A stretch of DNA of 64,000 nt from Adineta vaga (Eukaryota; Animalia; Rotifera), in assembly GCA_021613535.1 (NCBI GenBank), contig CP075492.1, positions 16,926,001 to 16,990,000 of the forward strand, given 5' to 3'. A program made the translations under genes and the position numbers. This document shows, piece after piece, positions 63,823-64,000 of the stretch; the stretch's first letter is position 1; every line of letters begins with the position of its first letter. A model generated the notes under the pieces. That model had not been told where the DNA came from, ran no database searches, and worked only from the letters and a program-made list of their open reading frames with translations.

Positions 63823-64000
63823 ATGAGTGCACAGCTCAAATAAGTACATTCACAATAATGTTATAATCAAATTTCATCGACTGTTTAGATCACAATAGTT
63901 AACCAGGATATTCAATTCTTATTTTAATAAATTCAATTTTTGAGGATGTCAGTGATATGACAAAATTAATGTGTTCCAAATTCATTTCATCCGAATTAGA

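Noticed and set aside
1-64000. Prokaryotic origin or contamination suggested by bacterial-like genes
   Set aside because: Those genes carry spliceosomal introns or are interleaved with GPCRs and eukaryotic transposons. I recognised no operons, rRNA or tRNA genes.

Overview
This is AT-rich eukaryotic genomic DNA with short GT-AG introns (about 45-110 bp). The gene families (NHL, Kelch, ART, many orphan GPCRs, LDLa/EGF-GPCR) and the TGTGGG-like repeats point to a bdelloid rotifer; this is an inference, not a database result. The first 17 kb is transposon-dense: the 5' half of a Ty3/Gypsy LTR element (LTR, tRNA-His PBS, gag, -1 frameshift signal, protease), an intact DD37D (maT) element, a dead DD34D mariner, and a 4.5-kb pogo/Fot-like element with 730-bp TIRs and an intron-containing transposase. 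The rest is a birth-and-death array of secreted, defence-type and possibly foreign genes mixed with pseudogene fragments. Highlights: (1) one spliced gene, split into separate ORFs in the track, appears to fuse an R-S-ExE ADP-ribosyltransferase (writer) to a DraG/ARH-type ADP-ribosylglycohydrolase (eraser), with a non-canonical PARG and an ART relic nearby. (2) A dispersed family of short palindromes built from telomere-like GGGTGT/ACACCC units sits in intergenic DNA, often just 3' of genes. (3) A Cys-rich exon module is joined to two different beta-propellers. (4) A 10-Cys secreted peptide precursor is present. All gene models were read by eye, and isolated frameshifts could be assembly errors.
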